Shown: positions 52,233 through 61,948 of the stretch, in pieces
Layout: the number at the start of each line of letters is the position of its first letter
Numbering within the stretch: the stretch's first letter is position 1
From: a virus
Direction: 5' to 3' (one strand)
DNA: 64,000 bases
Virus record (IMG/VR): IMGVR_UViG_3300012228_000003
Span: 3,050-67,049 of that record
Made by a program: the position numbers and the translations under genes
Notes under the pieces: generated by a model
What the model was told of the DNA's origin: nothing
The model's database searches: none
The model's input: the letters and a program-made list of their open reading frames with translations, nothing else

Positions 52233-55200
52233 TTAGCTCCCAGGTATAAATTCTGCGATTGCCAGTTGACGGTTCGCGCTCGGGTCAACGCCAGTCGCCA
52301 CGGCGATATTGATGAGAACGCTCAGCGTGTTCGTCACCGTCGTGTCGATAGCCGACGTGCCAGCGAATGGGTTGTCCAAGTTCGTGGTCGCCGCCGGCCC
52401 GGCCAACAGGTCTCCTTGCCCGGTCGTGGCTGCGGCCATGCTGCCTTGATGGAGGATGCCCGCCAAATATTGCGAGTTCGTGGCGTTTCGGTTAGATAGG
52501 TTCAATTCCATCATGCAGATGCGCGTACCGGCCCCGACCGGCATGGCGGTCGTCGCGTCTGCCCATAGCACCGTCGCACCAAACTGCACCTTGAATGTTA
52601 TAATGCGGGCCGTGCCGCTCGCGTGAGCGTAGTCGAAGTAAATCCGAACCTGCACGCCGCCGTTTAGCCCCAGCAAGTCCGCCGCGATTGCTACCGAATA
52701 AAGAGTCTGGTCCCCGGCGGCTTCCAGGAAGTTTACCGTCGTGGTCTGCCTGTCCAGGATCACCGGGCTGGGGAACGAGTCGTTGATGCCGCTTAACTGG
52801 ACCCAAGTAGTTCCGTTGTAGATGAACTCGATTGAGTTGATCTTGCTCGCGGCGGTGTTCGGAGTCCACCGCCGAACGGAGTACGAATCCCCCCAAAGGA
52901 TGCGCCGCCCACCAGTACCGTCCTGCGTGAACTCGAAAGAGAGTCTCTGTCCCTGGTGCTCGCTCACCGTGTTGGCGACCGGCGTGTCCGCCGTCAGCGT
53001 GAGCTGGTGGTAGATGCCTTGGTATGGATTCGGGAGCAACGGCAGCTGCATCGTCTGCGTGCCGGTTCCAGTCCCCGTGAAGTCGATGACGGCACCGCCA
53101 GGAGTTGCGGAGAGCGTGAGTGTGGTCGAACTTGGTATCGTCTTAACGTAATACGGTATGTTGATGACGATTTGCGGGGTGGACGCAGGGAGAGCGCCGC
53201 CACTGTTGCTGACCAAGACTGGATCATTCAGGCTCAAACCGTGGGCCGAACTGGTCGTTATCACATCGGTCGCCGCGACGACGGTCCAGGTACGCGTACC
53301 TGGAAAGGCCGGAACTTGATACCCACCGTCGGGACCGACGTGGATGTCATTGCCCGTGACGGTGCCTTGGACGTATTGGATGCCTGAAGCAACCGAGCCG
53401 GCGCTGAACGCGATGAGCGTCTGGTTCCTCAAAGCGCTGTTGACAAGGTTGATGATCGACGTGCTCGTGGTCCGGTTGAAGTCGAGCACCTGCCCGTAGA
53501 TTTTGCAGTCTGTGCAAGCATCGAGCCGGAACGCATCGCCCGCGTTGTTGTTGCTCGTGCCGTTGGAGATCGCCGTCCGGTCGCATCCTTCCAGGAACCA
53601 ACCGTGCGAAGTGCAATCCTGCGCCTCACAGCCCGACAACTCGTTGTTGTCGCCGACGATGTGGAACCCGTAGCCAAGCGAAGATGTGCGATCTCCCGGC
53701 CAGAACGACTTGACGCCGCCGAGCCGGTTCGTGCCGCCGACGAGCTTGATGTTTTGAACGCCGGAGTGCCCAACGTCGAGCTGCAAAACCGAGTGATCCG
53801 TCGATGACGTGTCGATCAGGAGGCCGATCAAGTTGCAATAAAGGATGTAGCAACTCAAGATGCGCACTTCACGAACTTCGTTGCCGAGGTAGACGCCGTT
53901 GCCGCTCCACGAGGTGATGAAGCAGTTGTGAATCGTGTAAATTTCATCGCCCTGACTCGTCGCATCTGCGAAGTGGACAGCGTCGTTGGCGAAGGTCGCA
54001 TGTGAACGGAAGCCGTTGAGCGTCATGTTGTAGACGCCGCTGCCTAAGCTCGTCGTGGTGAGGTTGCTTATCAAGTGTCCGTTCGTGCCGCCCCTCTGGA
54101 TCAACTGAGTGCCCCAGCCTGCGCCGTACAGCCATTGGTACGTGTCAAGTTTGAGCGTCGAGAGGATGAAGTTGCCGGGCGGCACGAAGATCATGCCAGG
54201 TCCAACGTCGATGGCTGACTGGAAAGCCGCCGTGTCGTCCCAGCCGTACACCACGTCAGCAGATGTCACGGTGTTCGTGGCCGCATCCGCGAGATCGACC
54301 GAGGTGCTGCTGTTGAACGTCTTGATGACGGAGTTGAGCGGCCCCGCCGTCAGATTGACCGCCGGCACGGTCGCGCCGTCCGTCCGCTGCACGAGCGCCA
54401 GGTCCGCAGTCGTGCCCGTGATACCAGTCGAGTAGAGGATTTCCGTGTTGGTCGTTCCGCCGACCGGAGTCAAGTAGATGTTCGCTCCCGTCGCGTTGGC
54501 AGGCAAAGAAGGAATCGTCACCCGGGGAATATTTCCAGCCGCCGGAGTGAACGTCGTCGATTCGCTCGTGCCGCCCGTCGTCTCGCCCCAGCTTGTAACC
54601 CAGGTGTACTTGACCCTGTAGGTTCCTGCCGCCAGTCCGCCGCCCGTTGAGCCGCCGCCGGTGATGTTGACGGTCGCAGCCGTGGTGGGATTGGCGATCT
54701 GGTTCGTGCCGGCCCATGCGACGGAGCAAACCTTGCCGACATCCGTGGCGGCGAAGCCGCTTGAAGTCAGGGTGACGCCAAGTGCCGTCATCGCGCCGTT
54801 CTGCTTCGTCGTCCCGGCACCCATCGCACCGTAGGCCATCACGTTGCGCACGGCACCGGAGCGATCAAAGAATGCGCCTTGCAGCTTGGCGCCACTGGTG
54901 AAGATTGCTCCGCCGGTTGCTCCAGCGTACACTCGCCCGGCCGTCGAAGTCTGCGCCACGGGGATGGTGGTCAGCGACGAGTCAGCCGTGTTATCCATGT
55001 AGGTGGTGGTCGTGTTGTCCGCGATGGTGGTGAGCAAGTAGAACGGCCCGCCGCCCGCTTTGGTCCGGTAGACCTTGCGCGAGGTCACGACGTTTGCGGT
55101 GCCGGTCGCAATCGAGGTAAGAGATACCTGCCCGTTCGTGGTTTTGTTGGCGACGGTCAGCACGACGCCGGTTCCGAGGTCGGAGTCTCCGAGTGCCGTG

Positions 55201-55760
55201 GTGAACACGACCTTGTAGACATGATTGCCGTTGTCCACGTTGCCTGCGCCAAGTCCGGCTAACGCAGCGGCACAAGCGGCAGGGACGGCGACATGATCGA
55301 ATCGGACGTTGCCGGTGGAGACGTGCAGGCGCTGCGCGGGGGCATTTGTGCCGAGGCCGAGGAAGTCGTTGGCTGCATCCCAGAACAGCGCGGTTGGGTC
55401 CTGACCCTGCAACCCGTTGGCCACGGCGAAAGGGATAGCTCCCGGCGTCCAGGGAGTCCCAAACCAATCCGCCGGTGCCGTGATGAAGACGTTCCTCGTC
55501 CCCGCCGCCCAACTGACCGCCGCGCCGCCGTTGCTCGAAGCGAGGATGGTAGTGCGTGCAAGCGTGGTGCCTGAGAGCGTGTAGGTGCCGACGCCGACTT
55601 CCCAATCGACGCCGTTCTCCGCGCAGTAGAAACAGGTATTGCCGTTGCCGACGACCGAGAACGAGCGAAACCCCGTGACAGCGCCGGCGAGCGTGTACGT
55701 ACCGGTGTCGGTTGTGGTTGAGGTTTCTTTAGTCCGATCAAAGATGTACGGTCCAGCCAC
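52233..55760 (-). CDS. Fibre/spike protein with pectate-lyase-like beta-helix (putative depolymerase or receptor-binding protein)
   Basis: DRTKETSTTTDTGTYTLAGA N-terminus, LGLGTNAP..LHV, DDTAAFQSAID...VPPGNF, parallel beta-helix repeats. Confidence 0.75.
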   Translation of the reverse strand: MAGPYIFDRTKETSTTTDTGTYTLAGAVTGFRSFSVVGNGNTCFYCAENGVDWEVGVGTYTLSGTTLARTTILASSNGGAAVSWAAGTRNVFITAPADWFGTPWTPGAIPFAVANGLQGQDPTALFWDAANDFLGLGTNAPAQRLHVSTGNVRFDHVAVPAACAAALAGLGAGNVDNGNHVYKVVFTTALGDSDLGTGVVLTVANKTTNGQVSLTSIATGTANVVTSRKVYRTKAGGGPFYLLTTIADNTTTTYMDNTADSSLTTIPVAQTSTAGRVYAGATGGAIFTSGAKLQGAFFDRSGAVRNVMAYGAMGAGTTKQNGAMTALGVTLTSSGFAATDVGKVCSVAWAGTNQIANPTTAATVNITGGGSTGGGLAAGTYRVKYTWVTSWGETTGGTSESTTFTPAAGNIPRVTIPSLPANATGANIYLTPVGGTTNTEILYSTGITGTTADLALVQRTDGATVPAVNLTAGPLNSVIKTFNSSTSVDLADAATNTVTSADVVYGWDDTAAFQSAIDVGPGMIFVPPGNFILSTLKLDTYQWLYGAGWGTQLIQRGGTNGHLISNLTTTSLGSGVYNMTLNGFRSHATFANDAVHFADATSQGDEIYTIHNCFITSWSGNGVYLGNEVREVRILSCYILYCNLIGLLIDTSSTDHSVLQLDVGHSGVQNIKLVGGTNRLGGVKSFWPGDRTSSLGYGFHIVGDNNELSGCEAQDCTSHGWFLEGCDRTAISNGTSNNNAGDAFRLDACTDCKIYGQVLDFNRTTSTSIINLVNSALRNQTLIAFSAGSVASGIQYVQGTVTGNDIHVGPDGGYQVPAFPGTRTWTVVAATDVITTSSAHGLSLNDPVLVSNSGGALPASTPQIVINIPYYVKTIPSSTTLTLSATPGGAVIDFTGTGTGTQTMQLPLLPNPYQGIYHQLTLTADTPVANTVSEHQGQRLSFEFTQDGTGGRRILWGDSYSVRRWTPNTAASKINSIEFIYNGTTWVQLSGINDSFPSPVILDRQTTTVNFLEAAGDQTLYSVAIAADLLGLNGGVQVRIYFDYAHASGTARIITFKVQFGATVLWADATTAMPVGAGTRICMMELNLSNRNATNSQYLAGILHQGSMAAATTGQGDLLAGPAATTNLDNPFAGTSAIDTTVTNTLSVLINIAVATGVDPSANRQLAIAEFIPGS

Positions 55761-55846
55761 GTCTTACCTCGCCATGAGCATGGCAATGAAGAACAGCACC
55801 ATCAAAAGTACCAGGATGCGCAGGTCGTCGTGTTTTCCTTGAAGAT

Positions 55847-56254
55847 TCATAGTTTGTCCGTAGTGATCGGTTCGCGGTCGAGGTCCAACTCGACGACGTG
55901 CCAGAGCAAGTGATGAGCCGCGTCGCGCAGCTCCTTCTGCTTGACTGGATCGATACCATCGAAGAGGACGCCGAATGCTTTCAACTCGTGCGACCAGGGG
56001 ATGTGGTCCCACAGAGCCTTCTTGATCGGCTCGTCAAGGCCGACGATGTTGCCGCGACCGCTCGGATGCGGCTTGCCCTCGCCGACAGACTCCGGCAAAT
56101 CCCACCACTGCTTGCAGCAGTCGAGCAGCTTGACCATCGCATCCCTGACCGGGAACTGAGGGTCGAGGTCGTTGACGAGCGCCTCGTACTTCATGAGCAG
56201 CTCGTCGGTCAGCGGCGGAGCGAAGGAGCCGCCGACTCTAGGAACGGTTGCCAT
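55847..56254 (-). CDS. Hypothetical protein
   Basis: GAGGAG RBS; coding-like composition. Confidence 0.6.
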   Translation of the reverse strand: MATVPRVGGSFAPPLTDELLMKYEALVNDLDPQFPVRDAMVKLLDCCKQWWDLPESVGEGKPHPSGRGNIVGLDEPIKKALWDHIPWSHELKAFGVLFDGIDPVKQKELRDAAHHLLWHVVELDLDREPITTDKL

Positions 56255-56266
56255 GCGAAATTCTCC

Positions 56267-56659
56267 TCAGATAGGCGCCGTGAGAGTCAAGGACGACACG
56301 GCGATGGTCCCACCGGCGACGATGACGTTGTTGTCAAAGTTGAAGTCACCAGACCCCTGCCCACAGGTCGCGTCCGAGTGGATCGCGGCCCCGGAATCGA
56401 GCAGCCTGGCATGTCCTGCCGTGCCGCTGGCATCGGCGTTCGTGTCGCTACTGATCGCCCCGGCAGTGACCACTCCGGTCGAAGGCACGCCGAAAGCTGT
56501 TGCCGAGAAGCCAAGGGTGCCCAGCAGCGTCCCTCCGGCGGCATCCCCGACGTTGGTCGGCTGAGCCGTGGTCCTGATCTGAATGGTCCCGCCGTTGAGC
56601 AGGTCGCCCTCCGCATCGGCCACCGCGTTGCGAGTCGCAGTAGATCGTCTGTATGCCAT
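56267..56659 (-). CDS. Small beta-rich virion protein
   Basis: ADASGTAGHARL motif typical of fibre-associated phage proteins; GGAGG RBS. Confidence 0.6.
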   Translation of the reverse strand: MAYRRSTATRNAVADAEGDLLNGGTIQIRTTAQPTNVGDAAGGTLLGTLGFSATAFGVPSTGVVTAGAISSDTNADASGTAGHARLLDSGAAIHSDATCGQGSGDFNFDNNVIVAGGTIAVSSLTLTAPI

Positions 56660-56701
56660 TGACAGCCTCCGTCTCTCAAGTTAAAGTTGCGTCTGTAACG
56701 C

Positions 56702-57217
56702 TCAGCCGCAACCACCTCGGCGACCCAAGAGTCTCGGCCTCGACTCCAATCGCTCTCTCAGTCGTGGAAAGATGCCGACCGCGATGGGGACCTCAGTTTG
56801 CACTTGCACTGCCGGTTGCACGACCTGAACTGGTCGAGAAGGCTTGTCGAACAGCTTGGTGAACTCTTGGGGGGTCGACTGCACTTGAGCCGCTTGAGGA
56901 ATGCCGCAAGAGCCGTCTGCGCAGCCTCCGGCGGCCTTCCGTCGAGACTGAGCCTCGGCGGGAGAGGCCAAGGCCAGCCCCAAGCCAAGGACCACCGCAC
57001 CCGCGATGATCGCATTGATCAGGGCTTGCATTGCAGCAGCGATGCCTGCTGTGTTGCCCGACATCAGGGCGATGATCAATTGGATGGCGGCGCCGAGGAC
57101 TCCTCCCCAGTTGACCTTGGCGATGGAGGCACCGACGGCCTCCTCTTGAGGAAGATCGAAGGCCATCGTCACGGTCTTGATAGCGACCGGATTGCCTTGA
57201 GCGTTTACCCATACCAT
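56702..57217 (-). CDS. Membrane/exported protein (lysis-associated?)
   Basis: Hydrophobic helices, AEA cleavage-like site, GGCADGSCG motif. Confidence 0.55.
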   Translation of the reverse strand: MVWVNAQGNPVAIKTVTMAFDLPQEEAVGASIAKVNWGGVLGAAIQLIIALMSGNTAGIAAAMQALINAIIAGAVVLGLGLALASPAEAQSRRKAAGGCADGSCGIPQAAQVQSTPQEFTKLFDKPSRPVQVVQPAVQVQTEVPIAVGIFPRLRERLESRPRLLGRRGGCG

Positions 57218-57261
57218 AGAAGTTCTCCTTCGTTGAGAGTTGTGATGATGTTAATGCTCGA

Positions 57262-58494
57262 CTACTTCTTCGGCGCCTTGAGCTTGCCCGTGATCAGGTC
57301 GAGCCGGCGCTGTATCTCGGCGAGGTCCGCCGGGTCGACCGCATAGTAGGTTCCCTTCGGGATGTCCTGCGGGATGATGAACTGGTAGCCTCCAGGTCCG
57401 GGGATCGGCGGAGGAGGCGGGGGAGATGAGCCGATGGTGGCGATGCAAGTCCCAGTCCCGACCTGGCCGAGGCTGTCAACCGCTGTGACCGTCGTCTTGT
57501 AAGACCCGGCGGCCTTGTAGGTATGAGAACCTGAGGCGTCCTGGACCCCGTCGCCGTACTCGAAGAGGAAGATGTAAGGGGCCGTCCCACCCGAAGCGCC
57601 AGGAGAAAACTTGACAGGGACCCCGACCCCTCCGGCGACATCGGCGACGTTGACCGTCAGCTTGCCCGGCGGTGGAGGGGGCGGCGGGTCAAGGCCAACG
57701 ATGGTGGGGTTCCTGACCCAAGCCTCGACGCAGGTGTTCAGCAGCCACTTGTGGTCGACGACCCCGATGGTGTTCCAGGTGAAGAGCAGGTAGCCGTTGG
57801 CCGGGAAGTTGGCGGGAGCCGAGACGTTAAGCGCCTTGAACAGCTCTGCCGAGGAACCGTACCCTCCGAGGCTGACGCAGTGGTCGGTGTTCGGGAAGGC
57901 TCTTCCCCCGGCGACCGACCAGCCGTTGGCGTTGCCGGCCCCGGAGGGGAGCGCGTTCGAGGCGATGGCGATGGAGACCGGCCCCTGAGCAATGGCGCTT
58001 TTGAGGGTCTCTTCGTCGCGGTAGTCGACCGCCGAGGGCCTGCCGGCCTTGCGCACGGTCCCGACCGAGTCCTTGATCCCGTCGGCCTGCATGTCCTGGA
58101 TCACGTCAAGGAGGAAAGCCCCGTTGAGCCAGCCGTGCGCTCTGGCCCAACTGATGGCCGTCGCTTCGGGGATGAAGATTTCAGTGTCAGAGTTGCCGAC
58201 GTAGACCGAGTAGCAAGCGATGGCGAAGCAGGACTCCGAGGTGACGCAGCAACCGTACTGCGAGTTGCCCCACATCGAGAGCTTCGGGGGAATCGCGATG
58301 ACCTTCGCCGGAGGAGCCTCGGCCTTGAAGACCGCAGCCTTGCCCGACTTGACCGCTTCGAGAATCTTCGCGAAGGGGGTCGGCTTGGCGCCGGTCATGA
58401 ACTTCTGCGGCTCCGGCTCCTTCTCTTGAGAGGAGACGACCATCGGCAGGGTGCCGAAGCCGGAGATCAGGACGATGATTGCAAAGCGTTGCAT
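57262..58494 (-). CDS. Exported papain-like cysteine peptidase with PKD domain
   Basis: Signal peptide; GNSQYGCCV, DHCVSLGGY, FTWN; YGDG...HTY..AGSY (PKD); Pro linkers. Confidence 0.7.
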   Translation of the reverse strand: MQRFAIIVLISGFGTLPMVVSSQEKEPEPQKFMTGAKPTPFAKILEAVKSGKAAVFKAEAPPAKVIAIPPKLSMWGNSQYGCCVTSESCFAIACYSVYVGNSDTEIFIPEATAISWARAHGWLNGAFLLDVIQDMQADGIKDSVGTVRKAGRPSAVDYRDEETLKSAIAQGPVSIAIASNALPSGAGNANGWSVAGGRAFPNTDHCVSLGGYGSSAELFKALNVSAPANFPANGYLLFTWNTIGVVDHKWLLNTCVEAWVRNPTIVGLDPPPPPPPGKLTVNVADVAGGVGVPVKFSPGASGGTAPYIFLFEYGDGVQDASGSHTYKAAGSYKTTVTAVDSLGQVGTGTCIATIGSSPPPPPPIPGPGGYQFIIPQDIPKGTYYAVDPADLAEIQRRLDLITGKLKAPKK

Positions 58495-58536
58495 GGTTGG
58501 AACTCCTTGTGTTGTTGCTTGCAGACTCTGCGCTTC

Positions 58537-58713
58537 TCAGCGTGGCGGAGGATTCCGCTCGAAAAAGCACCATCCCAAGATGACAACGCAGCACCAGGGG
58601 ATGAAGGTGGTAGCATAGAGGCCTGGGCCTGCCTGATGATAGCCGTAGACGTAGTAGCCTCCTCCGAACAGCCAGAACATCATGAGTACGACGAATATCA
58701 CGCACTTGATCAT
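58537..58713 (-). CDS. Small two-TM protein (holin candidate)
   Basis: Hand translation MIKCVIFVVLMMFWLFGGG...FIPWCCVVILGWCFFERNPPPR; GAGGTG RBS. Confidence 0.5.
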   Translation of the reverse strand: MIKCVIFVVLMMFWLFGGGYYVYGYHQAGPGLYATTFIPWCCVVILGWCFFERNPPPR

Positions 58714-58723
58714 AACTGCACCT

Positions 58724-59179
58724 CTATTTCATGGGCAATGTCGGAGGAGACTCAACGGCCCTTTCCGGTTCCGGCCTTGACTCTTGTCCGGTAGCAAGTC
58801 TGATGTTAGCCATCGTCGCTCGCATGGTAGCAATAAAGGCCGTCTCTCTCTGCCTTGCCGTCGAGGGCGAATGACTCTCGGACACTACCGGGGCAACGAT
58901 GATCAGGGGAGGCTTGCTCTCGTATTTCTCGCGGTAGTAGTTCGCTGTGTTGATCGCCGTTTGCTGAGCCTCAACAGCGATCTCTTGATAGCTCTTCTTC
59001 ATCCCTTCAAGGTCAAGTCTCTCTACTTCCTTCTGAGCCAAGAGCATGGCGAATTCACGATCCTTGGAGGCGATCAGTAGACGGAAGAGGAAGGCTATCA
59101 CCGCTCCCGCTCCTCCGAAGATGCCTAGCACCGAAAGAGTGCTGATCAAGATTCCATTCGTTTCAGCAAAGAACATCAC
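58724..59179 (-). CDS. Single-TM coiled-coil protein
   Basis: N-terminal TM segment; GGAGGAG RBS. Confidence 0.6.
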   Translation of the reverse strand: MMFFAETNGILISTLSVLGIFGGAGAVIAFLFRLLIASKDREFAMLLAQKEVERLDLEGMKKSYQEIAVEAQQTAINTANYYREKYESKPPLIIVAPVVSESHSPSTARQRETAFIATMRATMANIRLATGQESRPEPERAVESPPTLPMK

Positions 59180-59607
59180 TCTCCTCCGAGGACCTCGATC
59201 AGCGCCGAGGTCTGCCTTGAGTAGTAGTCAATAACAGCCTGCGCCCCCTCTCTACCTCTGGGAGGAGCAGGCCCCTTGACGAGTAGGTCCGACTCCCTGG
59301 ACCACTTCGAGGTACTGTGCAGAGAGACTCGAAAATCCTCTGTAGTCGATGAGACCTTGGTTAGAATATCGACGTGCTTCTTGGCGACCTTGACCAGCTC
59401 CTTGGCATCCTCCGCTTGCTTTGCCGTCAAGAGCTTCTCGACCTTCTCAATCTTCCTGCCAAGAACCTCCCTGGTCTTCTCATGCTCTCCCGCAGCGACA
59501 CTTGCCTTGATCCTGAGACTCTTGTCGCAGGACAAGATGAGATGGACCGCAAGGGCAACCCAGAGACCTAGCACGACGAAGCCAATGACGAACCTGATCT
59601 TGTCCAT
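59176..59607 (-). CDS. Single-TM coiled-coil protein (spanin-like?)
   Basis: N-terminal TM segment followed by a coiled coil. Confidence 0.55.
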   Translation of the reverse strand: MDKIRFVIGFVVLGLWVALAVHLILSCDKSLRIKASVAAGEHEKTREVLGRKIEKVEKLLTAKQAEDAKELVKVAKKHVDILTKVSSTTEDFRVSLHSTSKWSRESDLLVKGPAPPRGREGAQAVIDYYSRQTSALIEVLGGE

Positions 59608-59610
59608 TGC

Positions 59611-60075
59611 TCATCTCTTGTCAGAGTCTCGCCTTGCCGGGATATCTCCAGTCTGCTTGGCAGTTGCGTCAACTACAGCCTGCCTGTGCTTGACGATGAT
59701 CTCGACTTCGGCGTCAGAAAGATTGACCCCACCTTTGCTCAGCACTACCTTGAACAGCTCGGTGATCTCCTTAGCACTCTGAGCCTTGCACTCAGGATGG
59801 TCAGAGGGTAGCTTGCCGACCCTCTGAGCTATCGCAATGTTCGAGCTAGAAATGTCCTTGAGGGTCTCACCCTGAGACTTCAGATGATCGACGATCTCCT
59901 TATCAGAGATCAGCTTGGCCGTCACCCCGGCCTTGGCTACATCAAGCATCTGTCCTAAGTGCTTCCAGAGTAGAACAGCAACGGTGATGGCCATCAAGAA
60001 GGCCACCGACCCGATCACTCCCGCCTCTTGCAACATCCTGGTCAGCGCGTCTATCGTATCTGGCAACCATTGCAT
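59611..60075 (-). CDS. Single-TM protein
   Basis: GGAGGTG RBS; TM segment. Confidence 0.6.
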   Translation of the reverse strand: MQWLPDTIDALTRMLQEAGVIGSVAFLMAITVAVLLWKHLGQMLDVAKAGVTAKLISDKEIVDHLKSQGETLKDISSSNIAIAQRVGKLPSDHPECKAQSAKEITELFKVVLSKGGVNLSDAEVEIIVKHRQAVVDATAKQTGDIPARRDSDKR

Positions 60076-60118
60076 CGCTCACCTCCTCTAGAGTTCCCGA
60101 GTTCGAGGAGTCGAGAGA

Positions 60119-60631
60119 TCAGTCGTCCTTGACCGCCATGATGTGGTTGACGATCTCGGCCTTGGTGTTCTTGCCGTGGAGGTCGATGCCCTCCTGCTGA
60201 GCAAGGTTGCGCAGCTGCTGGACGTTCATGCGCTGAAGAGACGCCTCGACCTCCTCGCGAGTCTTCGGCGGAGAACCCTTCTCAGCAGTCTCTGCCTTCG
60301 CATCTCCCTCGACCTCCTTGTCCAGCGCTGGGCCGGAGATCGTGCCCTGCGGAGTCCCGGTCGCCGACTGGAAACCGGTCGAGACCTGACCGCCTGGCGC
60401 GGCAGAGGCCTCTACCTTCGGACCCTTGACCTTCTTGGGAGTCCCGCTCAGCAGGACAAACTTCGCGGCCCCGTGCTTGGCGGCCAGGTCCTCGTCAGAC
60501 TCGATGGTCGAGCCTTCGGGGTAGGTCCGCGAGGGGCGCTTAGCCCCGACCTTGATCTGCTCCGGGGTCAACTCCGGCGAGTCAGGGTCAGTCGCGATGT
60601 GCTGACCGACCAGCAATTTGAACAGTGCCAT
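60119..60631 (-). CDS. Capsid-adjacent protein with C-terminal Rho-N/HeH-like domain
   Basis: LQRMNVQQLRNLAQQEGIDL...KAEIV. Confidence 0.65.
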   Translation of the reverse strand: MALFKLLVGQHIATDPDSPELTPEQIKVGAKRPSRTYPEGSTIESDEDLAAKHGAAKFVLLSGTPKKVKGPKVEASAAPGGQVSTGFQSATGTPQGTISGPALDKEVEGDAKAETAEKGSPPKTREEVEASLQRMNVQQLRNLAQQEGIDLHGKNTKAEIVNHIMAVKDD

Positions 60632-60691
60632 GCCATTTCTCCTCAAGGTGAAGTCAAAGTTATGAGGGGCGAAGTTTCTGCCGTCGTCACA

Positions 60692-61891
60692 TCAAGAGGT
60701 CGTACCGTGAATCTCGGCAACGATGCCGTTCGAGGGGGCACGCATCAGGGCGACCTGGATCATCATGACCATGAACTTCTGGAGCATGCCGCCTCGCTCG
60801 TTCCACTGCACGGTCCTCGGCTGCATGCCGTCGATGGCCTGGAACTGGCCACGGCTGAGGTCCAGCAGCAAGAGCTGGTAGCCGGAGGTCAGGTAGTCGA
60901 GGCGCCGGATGTCGCTGATGCCGTCGATCTCCATGATCCGCTCGCGGACCAGACGGACCGCAGAGGTCGAGCCACTGCGGAAGTAGTCGCTATTGAGCCA
61001 GATCGAGTACGGAGTCGAGTGGTAGAGGATGAACGGGCCGAAGTAGCCGTTGGCGTACATCGTCTCGATCATCTCCAGGATGTCCTGCACGACCGCTTCG
61101 GGGTTGGTCCCGGTCGGAATAGTCAGGTCAGCCTTGGTCACTCGGTAGGGGAAGTTCGTGTAGCCGAACTCGGTCGAGGCGCCGGTCTGCGGAATCGGAC
61201 CAGTGGTGCGACCGCCGTAGGTGATGCCGGTCTCGGTGCCGATGAGGGTCTTCTCGACCAGCTCCCAACCACGACGGGTGACCTGCTCGACCATCTCGGT
61301 GTCCAGAGGCATGCCAGAGGATCGAGACTGGTCGATCAGGCGCTGAGGGAAGGAGAAGTCGCCGTGGATGACCGGCAGCGGGACCGAGCGAATGATTGCC
61401 GTCGGAGTGTCATCGCGTCCTGGCGACGTGGCATCCATGTCCTTGACGACCTCGCCGGCATCGGTCACCGCATTGTATTCGAGGGTCATCTTGCTCCAAG
61501 CATCGAAGCCTCCCTTGCGAGAGGCCGCCAACAAGTCAGCCCAGGCAGTCAGGCGCTGGCGGGTCGCTCGCTCGACGGCCCGGTCAATCTCAATCCAGTC
61601 GTCGCGGAGCAGGGTCGTCGCATTGAAGACCGGACTGTTGATGCCCTTCGCCTGGAGCGCCTCGATGCGGTACTTCTTGCGCTTTGGCTCGGCCCGCCCG
61701 GTCTCTCGGTTGTAGACCGTGCCGACCTGAATCTCAGCGCAGGCCCTGCCGAGATCGGGGGACATCGGGTCAGTCTCGATGAAGGGCCGCAAGAGGCCGG
61801 GGTCGAACCTCCCGGTCATCTTGTTCGTGACGTTGAACGCGGCTCCGGCGCTGCCGAAGCCCTGCCCGTTCAATACGTAATCTTGCAACAT
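60692..61891 (-). CDS. Major capsid protein (HK97 fold, linocin/encapsulin-like family)
   Basis: LLRDDWIEIDRAV, VPLPVIHGDF, GYTNFPYR, YFGPFILY; position; GGAGG RBS. Confidence 0.85.
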   Translation of the reverse strand: MLQDYVLNGQGFGSAGAAFNVTNKMTGRFDPGLLRPFIETDPMSPDLGRACAEIQVGTVYNRETGRAEPKRKKYRIEALQAKGINSPVFNATTLLRDDWIEIDRAVERATRQRLTAWADLLAASRKGGFDAWSKMTLEYNAVTDAGEVVKDMDATSPGRDDTPTAIIRSVPLPVIHGDFSFPQRLIDQSRSSGMPLDTEMVEQVTRRGWELVEKTLIGTETGITYGGRTTGPIPQTGASTEFGYTNFPYRVTKADLTIPTGTNPEAVVQDILEMIETMYANGYFGPFILYHSTPYSIWLNSDYFRSGSTSAVRLVRERIMEIDGISDIRRLDYLTSGYQLLLLDLSRGQFQAIDGMQPRTVQWNERGGMLQKFMVMMIQVALMRAPSNGIVAEIHGTTS

Positions 61892-61948
61892 TTTCGCTTC
61901 CTCCGTTGATGTCAAATTTTGTGATGGACTCAGGGGCGAGGACGACTG

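Noticed and set aside
51180-55760. Diversity-generating retroelement target
   Set aside because: No reverse transcriptase and no TR/VR pair with adenine-specific mismatches seen
60692-61891. Encapsulin/bacteriocin
   Set aside because: Context of protease, decoration and neck genes indicates the major capsid protein
60143-61909. 588-aa plus-strand ORF (also 6966-8153, 13165-14499, 15123-16454 and 57751-58794)
   Set aside because: Antisense shadows of well-supported minus-strand genes in high-GC DNA; no recognisable motifs
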